Notes under the pieces: generated by a model
What the model was told of the DNA's origin: nothing
The model's input: only the letters and a program-made list of their open reading frames with translations
Database searches by the model: none
Shown here: positions 8,323 to 18,455 of the stretch, piece by piece
Layout of the letters: every line of letters starts with the position of its first letter
Numbering within the stretch: position 1 is the first letter of the stretch
Translations under genes and position numbers: made by a program
IMG/VR virus record: IMGVR_UViG_2645727704_000002
Coordinates: 25,773-89,772 of that record
Direction: 5' to 3' (one strand)
Source of the DNA: a virus
Length of the DNA: 64,000 nt

Positions 8323-11300
8323 ATGTCGCAGGAATCACGCCTATCGATAACCATCGACTCGAGGCCCGCCAAGAAGAATGCTGACGATCTCAGCCAGGCA
8401 CTGGAAAGGGTAGAGCAGACCGGTGACGATGCGGCATCTTCTGCTCAGCACCTCAGCCAAGTATCTGTCACCCTTGGGTCTAGCCTAGGGAAGATGGCCT
8501 CGGCAGCTAGCCGCGCACTCAGCCAGATTGAAAAATCCTCGGCCTCGACTGATCAGCAGATTGCCGCACTGACTACGCAGGTGGGACGGCTGTCGAGTGG
8601 GTTCGGGGCGTTCTCTGCAACCCAGTCTTCAATCAATGCCCAACTGACAAGGCTCGCATCTTCGCTTGAGCAATGCGCCAGCGGGTCTCGGCAGGCAGAA
8701 ACGTCCATGGACGGACTGGCGCGCAGCTCTCGCGCAGCGGAGCAGTCCGTCGATCAGCAACGTCAAGAACTGGCGCGGCTTATAGGCCAGATCAACCCAA
8801 CAGTTGCCGCGCTCGACCGCCTGGATACCATGCAGGATCGCTTGCGACGGTATCGAGATACCGGGCTGATCGATAGGGACACCTATCGTGAGTACACTCA
8901 GCGCATTGAAACCATGCGCGAGGCCGTGGGTGAAACTGCCGAAGGGATGAACAGAGCAGGAATGTCCGCGCGAGCTTATAACGCCGCACTGCGCGGACTG
9001 CCGGCGCAGTTCACAGACATAGCAGTAAGCCTTCAAGCCGGGCAAGCGCCACTGACAGTTTTCCTTCAGCAGGGTGGGCAGCTCAAGGATATGTTCGGAG
9101 GCATCGGTCCCGCAGCGCGCGCCATGGGCGGATACATACTCGGCTTAATAAATCCATTCACATTGGCTGCGGCAGCCGCAGCGACGTTAGCGATAGTCTT
9201 CTATGACGCCGAAAAAACCATCGGCGCCTTCAACAAATCTTTGTATTCTGGGGCGGCAAACTCTGGCCAGACGGTTGAGGGGATGGCCAGGATCGCCCTC
9301 TCTGTGGCAGAGCTTACTGGCAGCATTTCTGAAGCCAGAGATGCTGTTATGGCGCTTGCCGCCTCAGGTAAATCAGGAGAGATTCAATTCAAGAATCTAG
9401 CCCAGGCAGCTGCAGCTGTAGGCCAATTCACCGGACAAAGCGCGGCTGAAGTTGCAAAATCATTCGGCTCATTAGGAGATAGCGCGACTAAGGCTGCTCA
9501 GAAGATTAGTCAGCAATACGGTCTGATAGCCGCCGAACAATATGAATTAATCCGGTCGCTTGAGGAGCAGGGCAGGACTGAGGAGGCAAATGATAAGCTC
9601 AGCGAGTCTCTAAACTCTAATGCACAGGCAAGGCTACGTCAGTACCGACAATCTCTTTCTGAGGTTGAGAAGGATTGGAATTCCATAGGTACAGCCATAA
9701 GCAATGCCTATACGAAAGTAAAGGCAGAGCTATTTCCTGACCAGAACAAAGAAATAGAAATCGCTCAGCGAATTCTTGATAGACGGAAAAACGGTGGGTT
9801 CATAGGTGCTCTATCCAATCTATTCAGCTTTGGAGACAATACAAATCAGGCCCTAAAATCTAAGGTTAAGCTTCTCACTGAAGGCAGGGAGCAGTATGCA
9901 AAGGCAGCACAAGAAGCGGCAGCAGAAACAAGAGCAAACCAGGAAAGAATAGATGCAGAGGGTCGCTGGGAAAGCTCACAGCTCGAATATCTGGACAAGC
10001 AGTCTAAGAAAAGAAAGGAGATTGCCGATGCTAGAGAGTTGGGGCTCAAGGCCGGCCGAAGCGAAGAAGAAATAGCCAAGCGCATTTCTGCTATCGAAGA
10101 AAAGTACGCTGACAAGCGAAAGCCTAAAAAACCCAAGACGCCACGGGAAGACAACCGCGGCGTATCCGAAGCAGAAAACACCTTCTCCCGTCTCTATGGC
10201 CAGTATGATCCGGCTGCTCAAGCGGCAAGAGATCTCGCCAAAGAGCAGGGTCAGCTCGATCTGGCTTTGAGCAAAGGCAGGATCACGCAGGAGGAGTATG
10301 GCAAGGCGCTGGCGCAGGCCTCGACCAACTATGCCGCCGCGATCAAGGGCGCCCAAGGCTTGACAGCAGTCGAGCAATACCGCGCCCAACTGCAGCGTCA
10401 GCTGGTCAACGAGCAGACCCAGTACCAGTTGGATGCCGCAAGTGTTGGGATGGGCGACTTGCAAGCCTCGCGCATGCAGCAACGCCTCAATCTGGAGATG
10501 CAGACGAATGACCGTCTGCTGCAACTACAGACGGAGCTGGCAACTGCTTCTGACGAAAAGCAGAGGCAGGCGCTGCAGGGCCAGATCAATGCGATCAACG
10601 AGTTCCTGCCCCAGCAAGTTGCAGCAATGCAGGCCGGCTGGGCGCAGATGGATCAGGCCATGCTCAACCCTATCAACGGGTGGACTGCGGCAGTCCAAAA
10701 CTTCGGCAACCAGGCTCGTGATATCGCAGGGCAAACCCAGTCAATCTTCTCGAGCGCGTTCAATACGATTTCGACCGATGTGACCGACGCGATCATGAAC
10801 GGGCAGCTTTCGTTCAGCACCCTCGGCAACATCGCTCGAAACGTGGCGCGGGACATCATCTCCGGGTTTGTAAAAATCGGAGTTCAGATGGCGGTGAACG
10901 CTGCCCTGAACGCGACTCTTGGCGCGGCTGCGGCAGGCGAGAACATTGTTCTTGCAGGCACCACAGCGGCTGCCTGGGCGCCAGCTGCTGCAATGGCCTC
11001 CCTGGCAACCCTTGGCACCAACTCCGTGCCTGCCGCCGCCGCGCTGACCTCAACGACTGCACTTGCAAGCACGCTGGCTGTGATACCTGGATTCGCCACG
11101 GGCGGCCTTGTGTCTGGGGCGGGAACTGGCACTTCGGACAGCATCATGGCCCGCCTAAGTGATGGTGAGTTTGTGGTGAACGCATCGGCTACCAAAAGGA
11201 ATCGAGCGCTCTTGGAGGCCATCAACTCAAACGAGCGCATCTCACCGGCTGGCATGTCGAGAACGACAAGCTCGGCCCAGGCATCTGGCGGCCCTAGCGC

Positions 11301-11511
11301 TTACGGCATCAATCAAAACATCAACATCATCAATCAGCACACCGGCGCTCAAGTTGAGGCGCGCAGGATGCCGAATGGCGATGTTGAGGTGATCATCCAA
11401 GAGGCCGTGAAGCGGTCGGTGGATGAAGTTGCCGGCCAGCTATCCAACGGATATGGGCCGGTAGTTGATGCCGGCGTAGGTGCATACAAGTGGCGCCGTC
11501 CTGGCGAATAA
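8323..11511 (+). CDS. Tape measure protein (lambda H-like)
   Basis: 1062 aa Ala-rich helical protein; LQQGGQLKDMFG motif; C-terminal FATGGLVSGAGTGTSDSI motif. Confidence 0.92.
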   Translation: MSQESRLSITIDSRPAKKNADDLSQALERVEQTGDDAASSAQHLSQVSVTLGSSLGKMASAASRALSQIEKSSASTDQQIAALTTQVGRLSSGFGAFSATQSSINAQLTRLASSLEQCASGSRQAETSMDGLARSSRAAEQSVDQQRQELARLIGQINPTVAALDRLDTMQDRLRRYRDTGLIDRDTYREYTQRIETMREAVGETAEGMNRAGMSARAYNAALRGLPAQFTDIAVSLQAGQAPLTVFLQQGGQLKDMFGGIGPAARAMGGYILGLINPFTLAAAAAATLAIVFYDAEKTIGAFNKSLYSGAANSGQTVEGMARIALSVAELTGSISEARDAVMALAASGKSGEIQFKNLAQAAAAVGQFTGQSAAEVAKSFGSLGDSATKAAQKISQQYGLIAAEQYELIRSLEEQGRTEEANDKLSESLNSNAQARLRQYRQSLSEVEKDWNSIGTAISNAYTKVKAELFPDQNKEIEIAQRILDRRKNGGFIGALSNLFSFGDNTNQALKSKVKLLTEGREQYAKAAQEAAAETRANQERIDAEGRWESSQLEYLDKQSKKRKEIADARELGLKAGRSEEEIAKRISAIEEKYADKRKPKKPKTPREDNRGVSEAENTFSRLYGQYDPAAQAARDLAKEQGQLDLALSKGRITQEEYGKALAQASTNYAAAIKGAQGLTAVEQYRAQLQRQLVNEQTQYQLDAASVGMGDLQASRMQQRLNLEMQTNDRLLQLQTELATASDEKQRQALQGQINAINEFLPQQVAAMQAGWAQMDQAMLNPINGWTAAVQNFGNQARDIAGQTQSIFSSAFNTISTDVTDAIMNGQLSFSTLGNIARNVARDIISGFVKIGVQMAVNAALNATLGAAAAGENIVLAGTTAAAWAPAAAMASLATLGTNSVPAAAALTSTTALASTLAVIPGFATGGLVSGAGTGTSDSIMARLSDGEFVVNASATKRNRALLEAINSNERISPAGMSRTTSSAQASGGPSAYGINQNINIINQHTGAQVEARRMPNGDVEVIIQEAVKRSVDEVAGQLSNGYGPVVDAGVGAYKWRRPGE

Positions 11512-11607
11512 CGAGAAGCGGGCGAGCGGGCTCAGGCGCTTGAAGCGGCCACAACCTGAAACGCCCTGGCTCATAACTAGAGATCATCAGCCTCAAGAGG
11601 GATTCAC

Positions 11608-11787
11608 ATGGAAAAGCATCACGAAGAGCTGGGTTCGCATCAAGGTTCCGCTCCTAAGACGAGGCTGAGGCCTATTGACTGGGAAAAAATTGAGCAGTCG
11701 CGGCAAGAACATGTAAGGCAAGCCGAGCTGCTGGAGCGCAGGCTTGCCCGCATCGAAGATCAGATAGGGCTGAAGCCGCTGACCTAG
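11608..11787 (+). CDS. Small hypothetical protein (59 aa), not in supplied ORF track
   Basis: RBS GAGGGA, ATG at 11608, TAG at 11785-11787; MEKHHEELG...IGLKPLT. Confidence 0.5.
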   Translation: MEKHHEELGSHQGSAPKTRLRPIDWEKIEQSRQEHVRQAELLERRLARIEDQIGLKPLT

Positions 11788-12041
11788 CGCTTGATTGATT
11801 TTCCCTCGGCCACTGCCTTTATCAAGGCTATGTCCGACTCGATTCCTCCGGTCAGTATCATCGATCTGGCTTCGGTTATCGCCGCCTCAACAGCGACTGC
11901 TACCGCTTCCTCACCTCCCGCCGCCCTGACTTGTTGGCAAAGCCCGGACACCAGGCATGTGAGCGAGGCGATCTCTTTGTCCATCCGCTCGAGCATCTTT
12001 CGGGCATCAATTTCGAAATCTGATGGGTTGTCGTAGCTCAT
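11784..12041 (-). CDS. Hypothetical protein (85 aa), antisense moron
   Basis: RBS AGGGA; stop overlaps convergent ORF at CTAG. Confidence 0.6.
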   Translation of the reverse strand: MSYDNPSDFEIDARKMLERMDKEIASLTCLVSGLCQQVRAAGGEEAVAVAVEAAITEARSMILTGGIESDIALIKAVAEGKSIKR

Positions 12042-12146
12042 CGTCTATCCCTGTTGGTTTGGTTTGAATCCCCGCCGGCTCCTACACCTTGGGGATTCAG
12101 GAGGATAGACAGAGCAGTGACGATCAGCCATCACACAGGAGCGGCA

Positions 12147-12617
12147 ATGATTCAGTACCCGGCGCAATTGCCACTCCCACTTCAGGAGGGATATGGGCTC
12201 AGCACTGTTGATCCTATGATGGCAACGCGATTGGTAACCGGACGGACCCGGTATCGTGTTGTTCACGACTATGTCCCGACCGAGGCGCGATTCAACTTCA
12301 ACTTCAGCCAGAAGGAGGCGGCGCTCTTCGAGGGATGGTATGTCTACGAGCTGAAAAACGGCATCGAATGGTTCGAGATGGACCTGCAGACGCCGTTGGG
12401 CATGAAGAAATGCAGGGCGCACTTCAAGGGCATTCCTCAAGGCGGTGAGCTGACACAGATCACCCGCTGGCGATATTCGGCTGTGATCGAGCTGCGCGAG
12501 CGCCCGATCTATACCGAGGAAGAATACCTGGGCGCAATCATCGACATGCCGCTCGACCAATTCACCACTGAGTTCCAGAACATCCTGGAGAAATGGCATA
12601 CGGGGTACTTCGGATGA
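12147..12617 (+). CDS. Distal tail protein (lambda M-like)
   Basis: RBS CAGGAG; YPAQLPLPLQEGY motif; first gene of tail tip cluster. Confidence 0.7.
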   Translation: MIQYPAQLPLPLQEGYGLSTVDPMMATRLVTGRTRYRVVHDYVPTEARFNFNFSQKEAALFEGWYVYELKNGIEWFEMDLQTPLGMKKCRAHFKGIPQGGELTQITRWRYSAVIELRERPIYTEEEYLGAIIDMPLDQFTTEFQNILEKWHTGYFG

Positions 12618-13108
12618 ATCCAATCGAAGTGTGCTACGCCTCTAGTGGCGGACCGGACATGATGCTGGTGGACACCATTGAGGTGTGGGAGGAGGGCAGC
12701 AGCTTCCGGCACCTTTATGCCTCTGGATACAGCGACAGGGTGTGCACCACCGAAGACGGCAGGACGCTGACGTTCACTGCGCTGGCCATGGAGCTGGGCT
12801 GGCCGAAGAACGACAACAGCGGCTTCCAAAGCATCATCATCGGCCTGGACAACACCACCGGCGAGCCGCAACTGGCCGTTGAGGCAGCCAGGCGGTCAGG
12901 AAACAAGGTGTGGGGCACTCTGCGCCGTTACCTGGCTGGCGATCTGTCGTTTCCGCAAGAGCGCTTCCGCATGCAGTTGCTGAGCCGCGACTACGAGCCT
13001 GACAGCCAGGTCGCCAAGCTCACCTTCGGATTCTTCGACCTGCTCAACACCACTGGCAACCGCCGCATTCTCACCGCCGAAGACGCCCCAGGCCTCAGGT
13101 ACACCTAA
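12614..13108 (+). CDS. Tail tip protein (DUF1833-like)
   Basis: Synteny; CYASSG and RRYLAGDLSFP motifs. Confidence 0.7.
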   Translation: MNPIEVCYASSGGPDMMLVDTIEVWEEGSSFRHLYASGYSDRVCTTEDGRTLTFTALAMELGWPKNDNSGFQSIIIGLDNTTGEPQLAVEAARRSGNKVWGTLRRYLAGDLSFPQERFRMQLLSRDYEPDSQVAKLTFGFFDLLNTTGNRRILTAEDAPGLRYT

Positions 13109-13110
13109 CC

Positions 13111-13509
13111 ATGATCGAGAAATTCATGCGCGCCCCGTATCGCGAGGGTGCACGGGGGCCTATTGCCTTCGATTGCTGGGGTCTGTGCATCGCTGTTCGC
13201 CACCAGGTGTTCGGCTTGGCGCCGATGCCCAGCCTCGGCGCCGTGGGCAAGAACAGAATCAAGGCCAATACCGAGGCCTATCACGACCTGCGCGGCGGGA
13301 TGGAAGAGTGCGCGCCGGAGCCTGCCGCGATTGCGGCGGTTTTCCGGGGCGAGCTCTGCCTGCACGTCGGTGTGGTCGTCGAGAGCGATGGGCGTCTGAA
13401 GGTGCTCGACACAAACCCCGGAGGCGCCTGCCTGCGGACAACCGGCGAATTCGAAGCCGCTCACCCGAAGGTGGTGTACTACCGTGACCGTCGAATTCTT
13501 CCCGAATAA
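13111..13509 (+). CDS. NlpC/P60-family tail tip protein (lambda K-like)
   Basis: YREGARGPIAFDCWGL and LHVGVV catalytic motifs. Confidence 0.8.
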   Translation: MIEKFMRAPYREGARGPIAFDCWGLCIAVRHQVFGLAPMPSLGAVGKNRIKANTEAYHDLRGGMEECAPEPAAIAAVFRGELCLHVGVVVESDGRLKVLDTNPGGACLRTTGEFEAAHPKVVYYRDRRILPE

Positions 13510-16500
13510 GATCAGCGACACCGCACCGATAGGTGTGTGGAAGACCGACCGGCGCATGACGATCGAGGACTGGCTGAAAAGTCAGGCGCCGTCTTACGAA
13601 CGCCGCGAAAGCCCGCCGCACAGCGTCATCCTTAACGACGAAATCATCGATCACGCCGACTGGCACAAGGTCAGCTTCAAGCCCTCCGACCTAGTGCAGA
13701 TATACCGGGAGCCTAAAGGCACAGACCCGTTCTCGCTCAATCTGGCGCTGTTCGGCGCCGCCAAGCTGGCGCTCAAGGCACTCATGCCGCCCATGCCAGG
13801 CCTGCCGAGCAATGCAGGGTCAGAGCAGGGCGACCCAATCAATGAAGCCAGCGCCAAGGGCAACAAGGTCAAGCTGGGCGAGACAGTCCGGCAGATCGCC
13901 GGATACCAGCGCACCTACCCGTCCTACCTGGCTCAGCCTCGGCGCCGGTATGTCAGCCCACGCGACCAGCGTGTGCAGATGCTGCTCTATCTGGCCGAGG
14001 GTGAGCACCAGCTCTCCAATGGCCGTGTGGGCGAGACCTTCCTGCTCTCCCTGGGCAGCGACGTCGTCTACAAAATCTATCAGCCAGGCGAAGACCTGTC
14101 CGCCGACCCGGCCCACCTGCTCTGGTACAACGCGCCGGAAGTGGGCGCAAGTTCAAGCGGCGCGGGCGGCCTTGACCTGACTGTCGCGGTCGACCTGACT
14201 CGATCCGCCCAGGCATCTGCCTACCAGTTCAACGGCAACACCATCGGCGTGCCGGCCAACGCCGGCCAGTTCCCGGAGGACTGGACCGACAGCATCATCG
14301 TGCGGGTCGTGGCGCCGTACACCTACACCGTGGTTGATGGTGGCGACGGCCGAGATATCGTGCGCGGGCCGCTGGAGATGCTGAACCCCTACGTCGGGAT
14401 GTCCATCGAGGTGGCTGGTGCGAACGCCGGGTACTACGTCATCCACAGTTGGACGCCATACTCGCCTGGAACGCCGGCCAACGCCGGCACCGCCTCGACG
14501 CTCACCGGTTCGTCAGCACCAAGCCGCTACGACTTCAGCACCAGCCCGCTGACGTTCACGCTCTCGCGGGGCGCGTCGAGCTATTCGGTCACCCTCAACA
14601 CCCAGACCAACGACCTGGCCGGCCTGGTCACTGAGCTGAACAACCAGCTCGGCAGCACACCAGTTCGGGCTGATCAGGCTGGCGGTCGTCTGCGCTTCAT
14701 TGAGCAGGCGCCATTCTCCGGGCAGGCAATCGGCTCGAGCAATGCTGATGTCATCCTTGGCGCGGCACCGGTGGCCACCACCGGCACGGCCACTACCGAC
14801 GCAGTTCCTGAGCAGCCAGCACAGATTACGCTGGACTACGAGGGCGGTGCGCCGGTCACCGGCCTGACGCTCGGCCAGGGCCAGGCATCCATCGGCCCGA
14901 AGGGTCTGCGCTATCGCATCACGGCGGCCAGCACTTCGCTGTTACAGCTCGAGCGACTGACCTCATCGGGCAGCACGGACGGAAACTGGCCTGGCTTCAA
15001 CAACATGGAGTCGGTGAACGCCTCGCTCACGCTGGACCCATCGAACCTGCAGGGCGGCTACCGTGGGCCTTTTGCCCTGTGCCCGGAAGGCGAGAAGATC
15101 ACCAAGATCGAGTGGTCGGTCACCTACCAGAACGGCCTTCTCGGCATTGGCCGGGAGGGCCAGTTCTACGAGATCCCGGCGTATCACGCGCTGGAATACC
15201 GCGACATGGACATCGCAGGCGACTGGACGGTGATCGAGAAGGAGTGCGTGGGTGGATCTCTGGATGCACAGGGGTTCTCGTTCCAGCAGGACAGCCCTTA
15301 CCCAATGCGGGCCGAGGCGCGCATCCGCAAGCTGTTCGTAGATCGCGGCGGAAGGGTGAACGATGAGGCGCGCGACGACGTCACCTGGACCGACTTGCGC
15401 GGCCAGTTGCAAAACTCGCCCACCAGCTACCCGGGCCTGACCGTCATCACCGTGGACATTCGCGGCGGCGACCGGCTGTCCGCCCAATCCGAGAGCCGCA
15501 TCAGCTTTGAGTCGGTCAGCATCCTGCCGCGCTTCGAGAACGGTCAGTTCCTGCCCAAAGGGCCTACACGGGATATCGTGCCGTGGTGCTTGGCCAAGCT
15601 CTTGGGTCGGGGCTACACGGTCGATCAGTTGGATCTTCCAGAGTGGTCCGCCTTCCACGCCAAGGCGGTGGCCAGAGGCGACACCTACGACGAGACCATT
15701 GACTCGCCAATGACCGTCAAGGACATGGTCAACAATGCGCTGGCGTGCAGTTTCGGCGAACTGGTCACGTATCGCGGCCTGCTCAGGCCGGTGCGGGACG
15801 AGAAGCGCGAAGTCTTCACCGTCGAGTACGGCCCGAAGACGCAGACCTACTCCCCGCAGAACATGACGCGGATGCTCAAGATCACCGGCCCGATGCCGTC
15901 GATCAATGACTTCGACGGCGTCGACGTTGAGTACTTCTCGACGAAGACCTGGGCGTGGGAGACGGTCAAGTGTCGGTGGCCAGGCGATCAAGGGTTGAAG
16001 GTCGAGAAGATCAAGCTGCCTGGTGTGGGCGACAAGGCCCGGGCCTGGCGCTTCGGCATGCGCCGCCGAGGTCACCAGAAGTTCCGCACCGACACCTATA
16101 GCTGGGAAACCGAGCTGGATGGCAGGAACAGCGGCTACCTGACCTTCGCGGCGGTAGCGGACGATCTGCCGAAGGGATGCCAGAGCGCGATTCTTCTGGA
16201 TTTCCAGGCCACCCCATCTGGTGTGCTGCTGACCTCGTCGGCGCCGCTGGACTGGGGCGCCGGCGGCGAGCACAGGATCGGCATTCGTCGGCCTGACGGC
16301 ACGCTGTCTGGCCCTTACACGGCCACCCGCCAGGGCGACTACGTGGCCCGCGTCGACGCGATCGACTTCACACCGGACGTGGACACGCCGTACGAGCCGC
16401 CGCACCTGCTGTTCGGGCCGGCGACCCGCTGGGCATATCCGGTGCTGATCACCAGCTCCGACCCCGCCAACGGCAACGTCGCGCTTAAAGCCATGCCCTA

Positions 16501-16546
16501 CGACGACCGCGTCTACACCTACGACGACCAGTTCCCGCCGGAGTGA
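13484..16546 (+). CDS. Central tail tip / host specificity protein (lambda J-like)
   Basis: 1020 aa; FDGVDVEY and WETELDG motifs; follows NlpC/P60 gene. Confidence 0.85.
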   Translation: MTVEFFPNKISDTAPIGVWKTDRRMTIEDWLKSQAPSYERRESPPHSVILNDEIIDHADWHKVSFKPSDLVQIYREPKGTDPFSLNLALFGAAKLALKALMPPMPGLPSNAGSEQGDPINEASAKGNKVKLGETVRQIAGYQRTYPSYLAQPRRRYVSPRDQRVQMLLYLAEGEHQLSNGRVGETFLLSLGSDVVYKIYQPGEDLSADPAHLLWYNAPEVGASSSGAGGLDLTVAVDLTRSAQASAYQFNGNTIGVPANAGQFPEDWTDSIIVRVVAPYTYTVVDGGDGRDIVRGPLEMLNPYVGMSIEVAGANAGYYVIHSWTPYSPGTPANAGTASTLTGSSAPSRYDFSTSPLTFTLSRGASSYSVTLNTQTNDLAGLVTELNNQLGSTPVRADQAGGRLRFIEQAPFSGQAIGSSNADVILGAAPVATTGTATTDAVPEQPAQITLDYEGGAPVTGLTLGQGQASIGPKGLRYRITAASTSLLQLERLTSSGSTDGNWPGFNNMESVNASLTLDPSNLQGGYRGPFALCPEGEKITKIEWSVTYQNGLLGIGREGQFYEIPAYHALEYRDMDIAGDWTVIEKECVGGSLDAQGFSFQQDSPYPMRAEARIRKLFVDRGGRVNDEARDDVTWTDLRGQLQNSPTSYPGLTVITVDIRGGDRLSAQSESRISFESVSILPRFENGQFLPKGPTRDIVPWCLAKLLGRGYTVDQLDLPEWSAFHAKAVARGDTYDETIDSPMTVKDMVNNALACSFGELVTYRGLLRPVRDEKREVFTVEYGPKTQTYSPQNMTRMLKITGPMPSINDFDGVDVEYFSTKTWAWETVKCRWPGDQGLKVEKIKLPGVGDKARAWRFGMRRRGHQKFRTDTYSWETELDGRNSGYLTFAAVADDLPKGCQSAILLDFQATPSGVLLTSSAPLDWGAGGEHRIGIRRPDGTLSGPYTATRQGDYVARVDAIDFTPDVDTPYEPPHLLFGPATRWAYPVLITSSDPANGNVALKAMPYDDRVYTYDDQFPPE

Positions 16547-16603
16547 TTCGGCGCCCGTTCAAGAGCCCGCCATGTGCGGGCTTTTTCATTTAAGGAAACC
16601 GGA

Positions 16604-18445
16604 ATGAGCGGCCAAGACACCCTCAATCAGCTCGACCAGACCGTTGCTGCGTTCAATGAGCTGGCGCTTTCGCCAGAGGCAAAGATGGTCACTTTGCCGA
16701 GCGGATCGCAAAAGCCAACCAACGCCAAGATCATCGCTGACCTGGCCACGCAGATGGCTGGGGCGCAGATCTACACCACCGTAGCGCTGGGCCTCCAGGC
16801 CACGCGGGCGGATGGATATTTCAGCGTGGTGTCGGCATCGGACGCTGACTACATCGACCTGTACCGGAACAACAATGGCAGCGCTGCTCTCGTCGATACC
16901 TACCCAAATTCCAAGGCGGTGAAGGCGGTGAAGCAGCAAGTCGACTCAGCGACTGCCGCCATCGGCCAAATCGCAGAGGTTGTTCAAGACCCGTCATCTA
17001 TCCCAATTGCTGATGACGAAGCAGCGATAGTGGCTGTCGATCAAGAAGGGGGAGAGTTTCTTTCCATTACGGCAAAGCGTACGCGGACTCCGGCGCTGGA
17101 TGCGGTCAGTCACGCAGTCGAGTCGGGGATTTATGACGCTGAAGGTGGCGCGGTTCTTCACGCCGGCGCTGAAGAAATTTCCATTGGTCCGCTGACGATC
17201 GGCCTGACTTCGCTGCCTGGAATCTATGTCGTCGACGCCGAAGGGAGCATTCTTCAGGATCTGACCTATCCGGGGGAAGCTCCAGTATCTCAAGCAACGC
17301 CAGGATTTCCTCTGGCTGATGGTGCGTATTTCGCTCCGAAGTTGGTGACTGCTGCAGGATCGCCATTGCATATCAATGTCCCAAGCCTGATATCAAATCG
17401 TGATCTCGCAGCTGGGTTGGTGGCCTCAATCTGGAGCACCACCACAGCCGCTTCGACGACGTCCAATTCGGATCTGGTTATCCAATGTTCTGATTATGGA
17501 GCAGCTGCAAGGCTCAAGCTGCGCGACCCCATGAACGGGACATACGAGCACTTGCTGGATCTTCAGATGATTGATTTGCCAGTGGCTTCAAGTGCTGGAA
17601 AAGTGCCCAATGTGCTGCTGATCGGCGACAGTATCAGTAATCGACAGGGCGCCCAGATCATGAAGGCTGCCATCCAGCGCAATGGCCGGGACTCGAACTG
17701 GATAGGCACCATAGGCGGGTCAGGGGTCGAAAACCAGGCCTACAACGAGTCTGGTCCCCTTGGCGAAGCCCGTGAAGCTTACGAGACTGCCAACTTCACC
17801 TACGCCTCCATTACCGAAATAACAATTCCAGTGCCCGCTGGCGGGGAATCCGAGTATTTGGCTCTCTCAAAAATAGAAAGACGCAACCGGAATCCCTTCA
17901 TCCGTCCAGCAACATCGAACGACGACCCTGCCATTGTGCGCAATGGCTATGTTCTTGACTTCGCTTTTTACCAGTCCAGGTTCAACCTTCAACCGCCTGA
18001 TGTGATTGTCTACGGTCTTGGCATGAACGACTTTGGCAAGTTGTCCGGAACCAGCGCAATCCAGAACTATGTGAATGACAATGAGGGGTTGATGTTTGCC
18101 CGCATGAGAGCTGCCTGGCCAAACGCAAAAATCATTCGCTTTCTACCAGGCCTGCCCTATCAAACTGTTCGTAACGCAGACTGGACGAACAAGTACATCC
18201 CGCTGATCCGATCAATCATGGCGCTTCACAAGGGACTGGCTAACCCCAATACCGTCATCGTGCCTTCATGGGCTTTCTCAGATCCAGAAGTCGGCTACCA
18301 AACCGCAGCAGGCACTGTAGATCCAGTAACCGGATTCGCTGTTGTCCAGCTTTCTGACTACACACATCCTGGCCAAGCCAACCGACAGAGACTCTTTAAC
18401 AGCATCGCCCCTTACATCAGCGCGTCAAACTTGGGATTAATTTAA
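16604..18445 (+). CDS. Tail spike / fibre with C-terminal SGNH-hydrolase (esterase) domain
   Basis: RBS AAGGA; block I LLIGDSIS, block III GLGMND, block V DYTHP. Confidence 0.78.
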   Translation: MSGQDTLNQLDQTVAAFNELALSPEAKMVTLPSGSQKPTNAKIIADLATQMAGAQIYTTVALGLQATRADGYFSVVSASDADYIDLYRNNNGSAALVDTYPNSKAVKAVKQQVDSATAAIGQIAEVVQDPSSIPIADDEAAIVAVDQEGGEFLSITAKRTRTPALDAVSHAVESGIYDAEGGAVLHAGAEEISIGPLTIGLTSLPGIYVVDAEGSILQDLTYPGEAPVSQATPGFPLADGAYFAPKLVTAAGSPLHINVPSLISNRDLAAGLVASIWSTTTAASTTSNSDLVIQCSDYGAAARLKLRDPMNGTYEHLLDLQMIDLPVASSAGKVPNVLLIGDSISNRQGAQIMKAAIQRNGRDSNWIGTIGGSGVENQAYNESGPLGEAREAYETANFTYASITEITIPVPAGGESEYLALSKIERRNRNPFIRPATSNDDPAIVRNGYVLDFAFYQSRFNLQPPDVIVYGLGMNDFGKLSGTSAIQNYVNDNEGLMFARMRAAWPNAKIIRFLPGLPYQTVRNADWTNKYIPLIRSIMALHKGLANPNTVIVPSWAFSDPEVGYQTAAGTVDPVTGFAVVQLSDYTHPGQANRQRLFNSIAPYISASNLGLI

Positions 18446-18455
18446 GGAAAATCGC

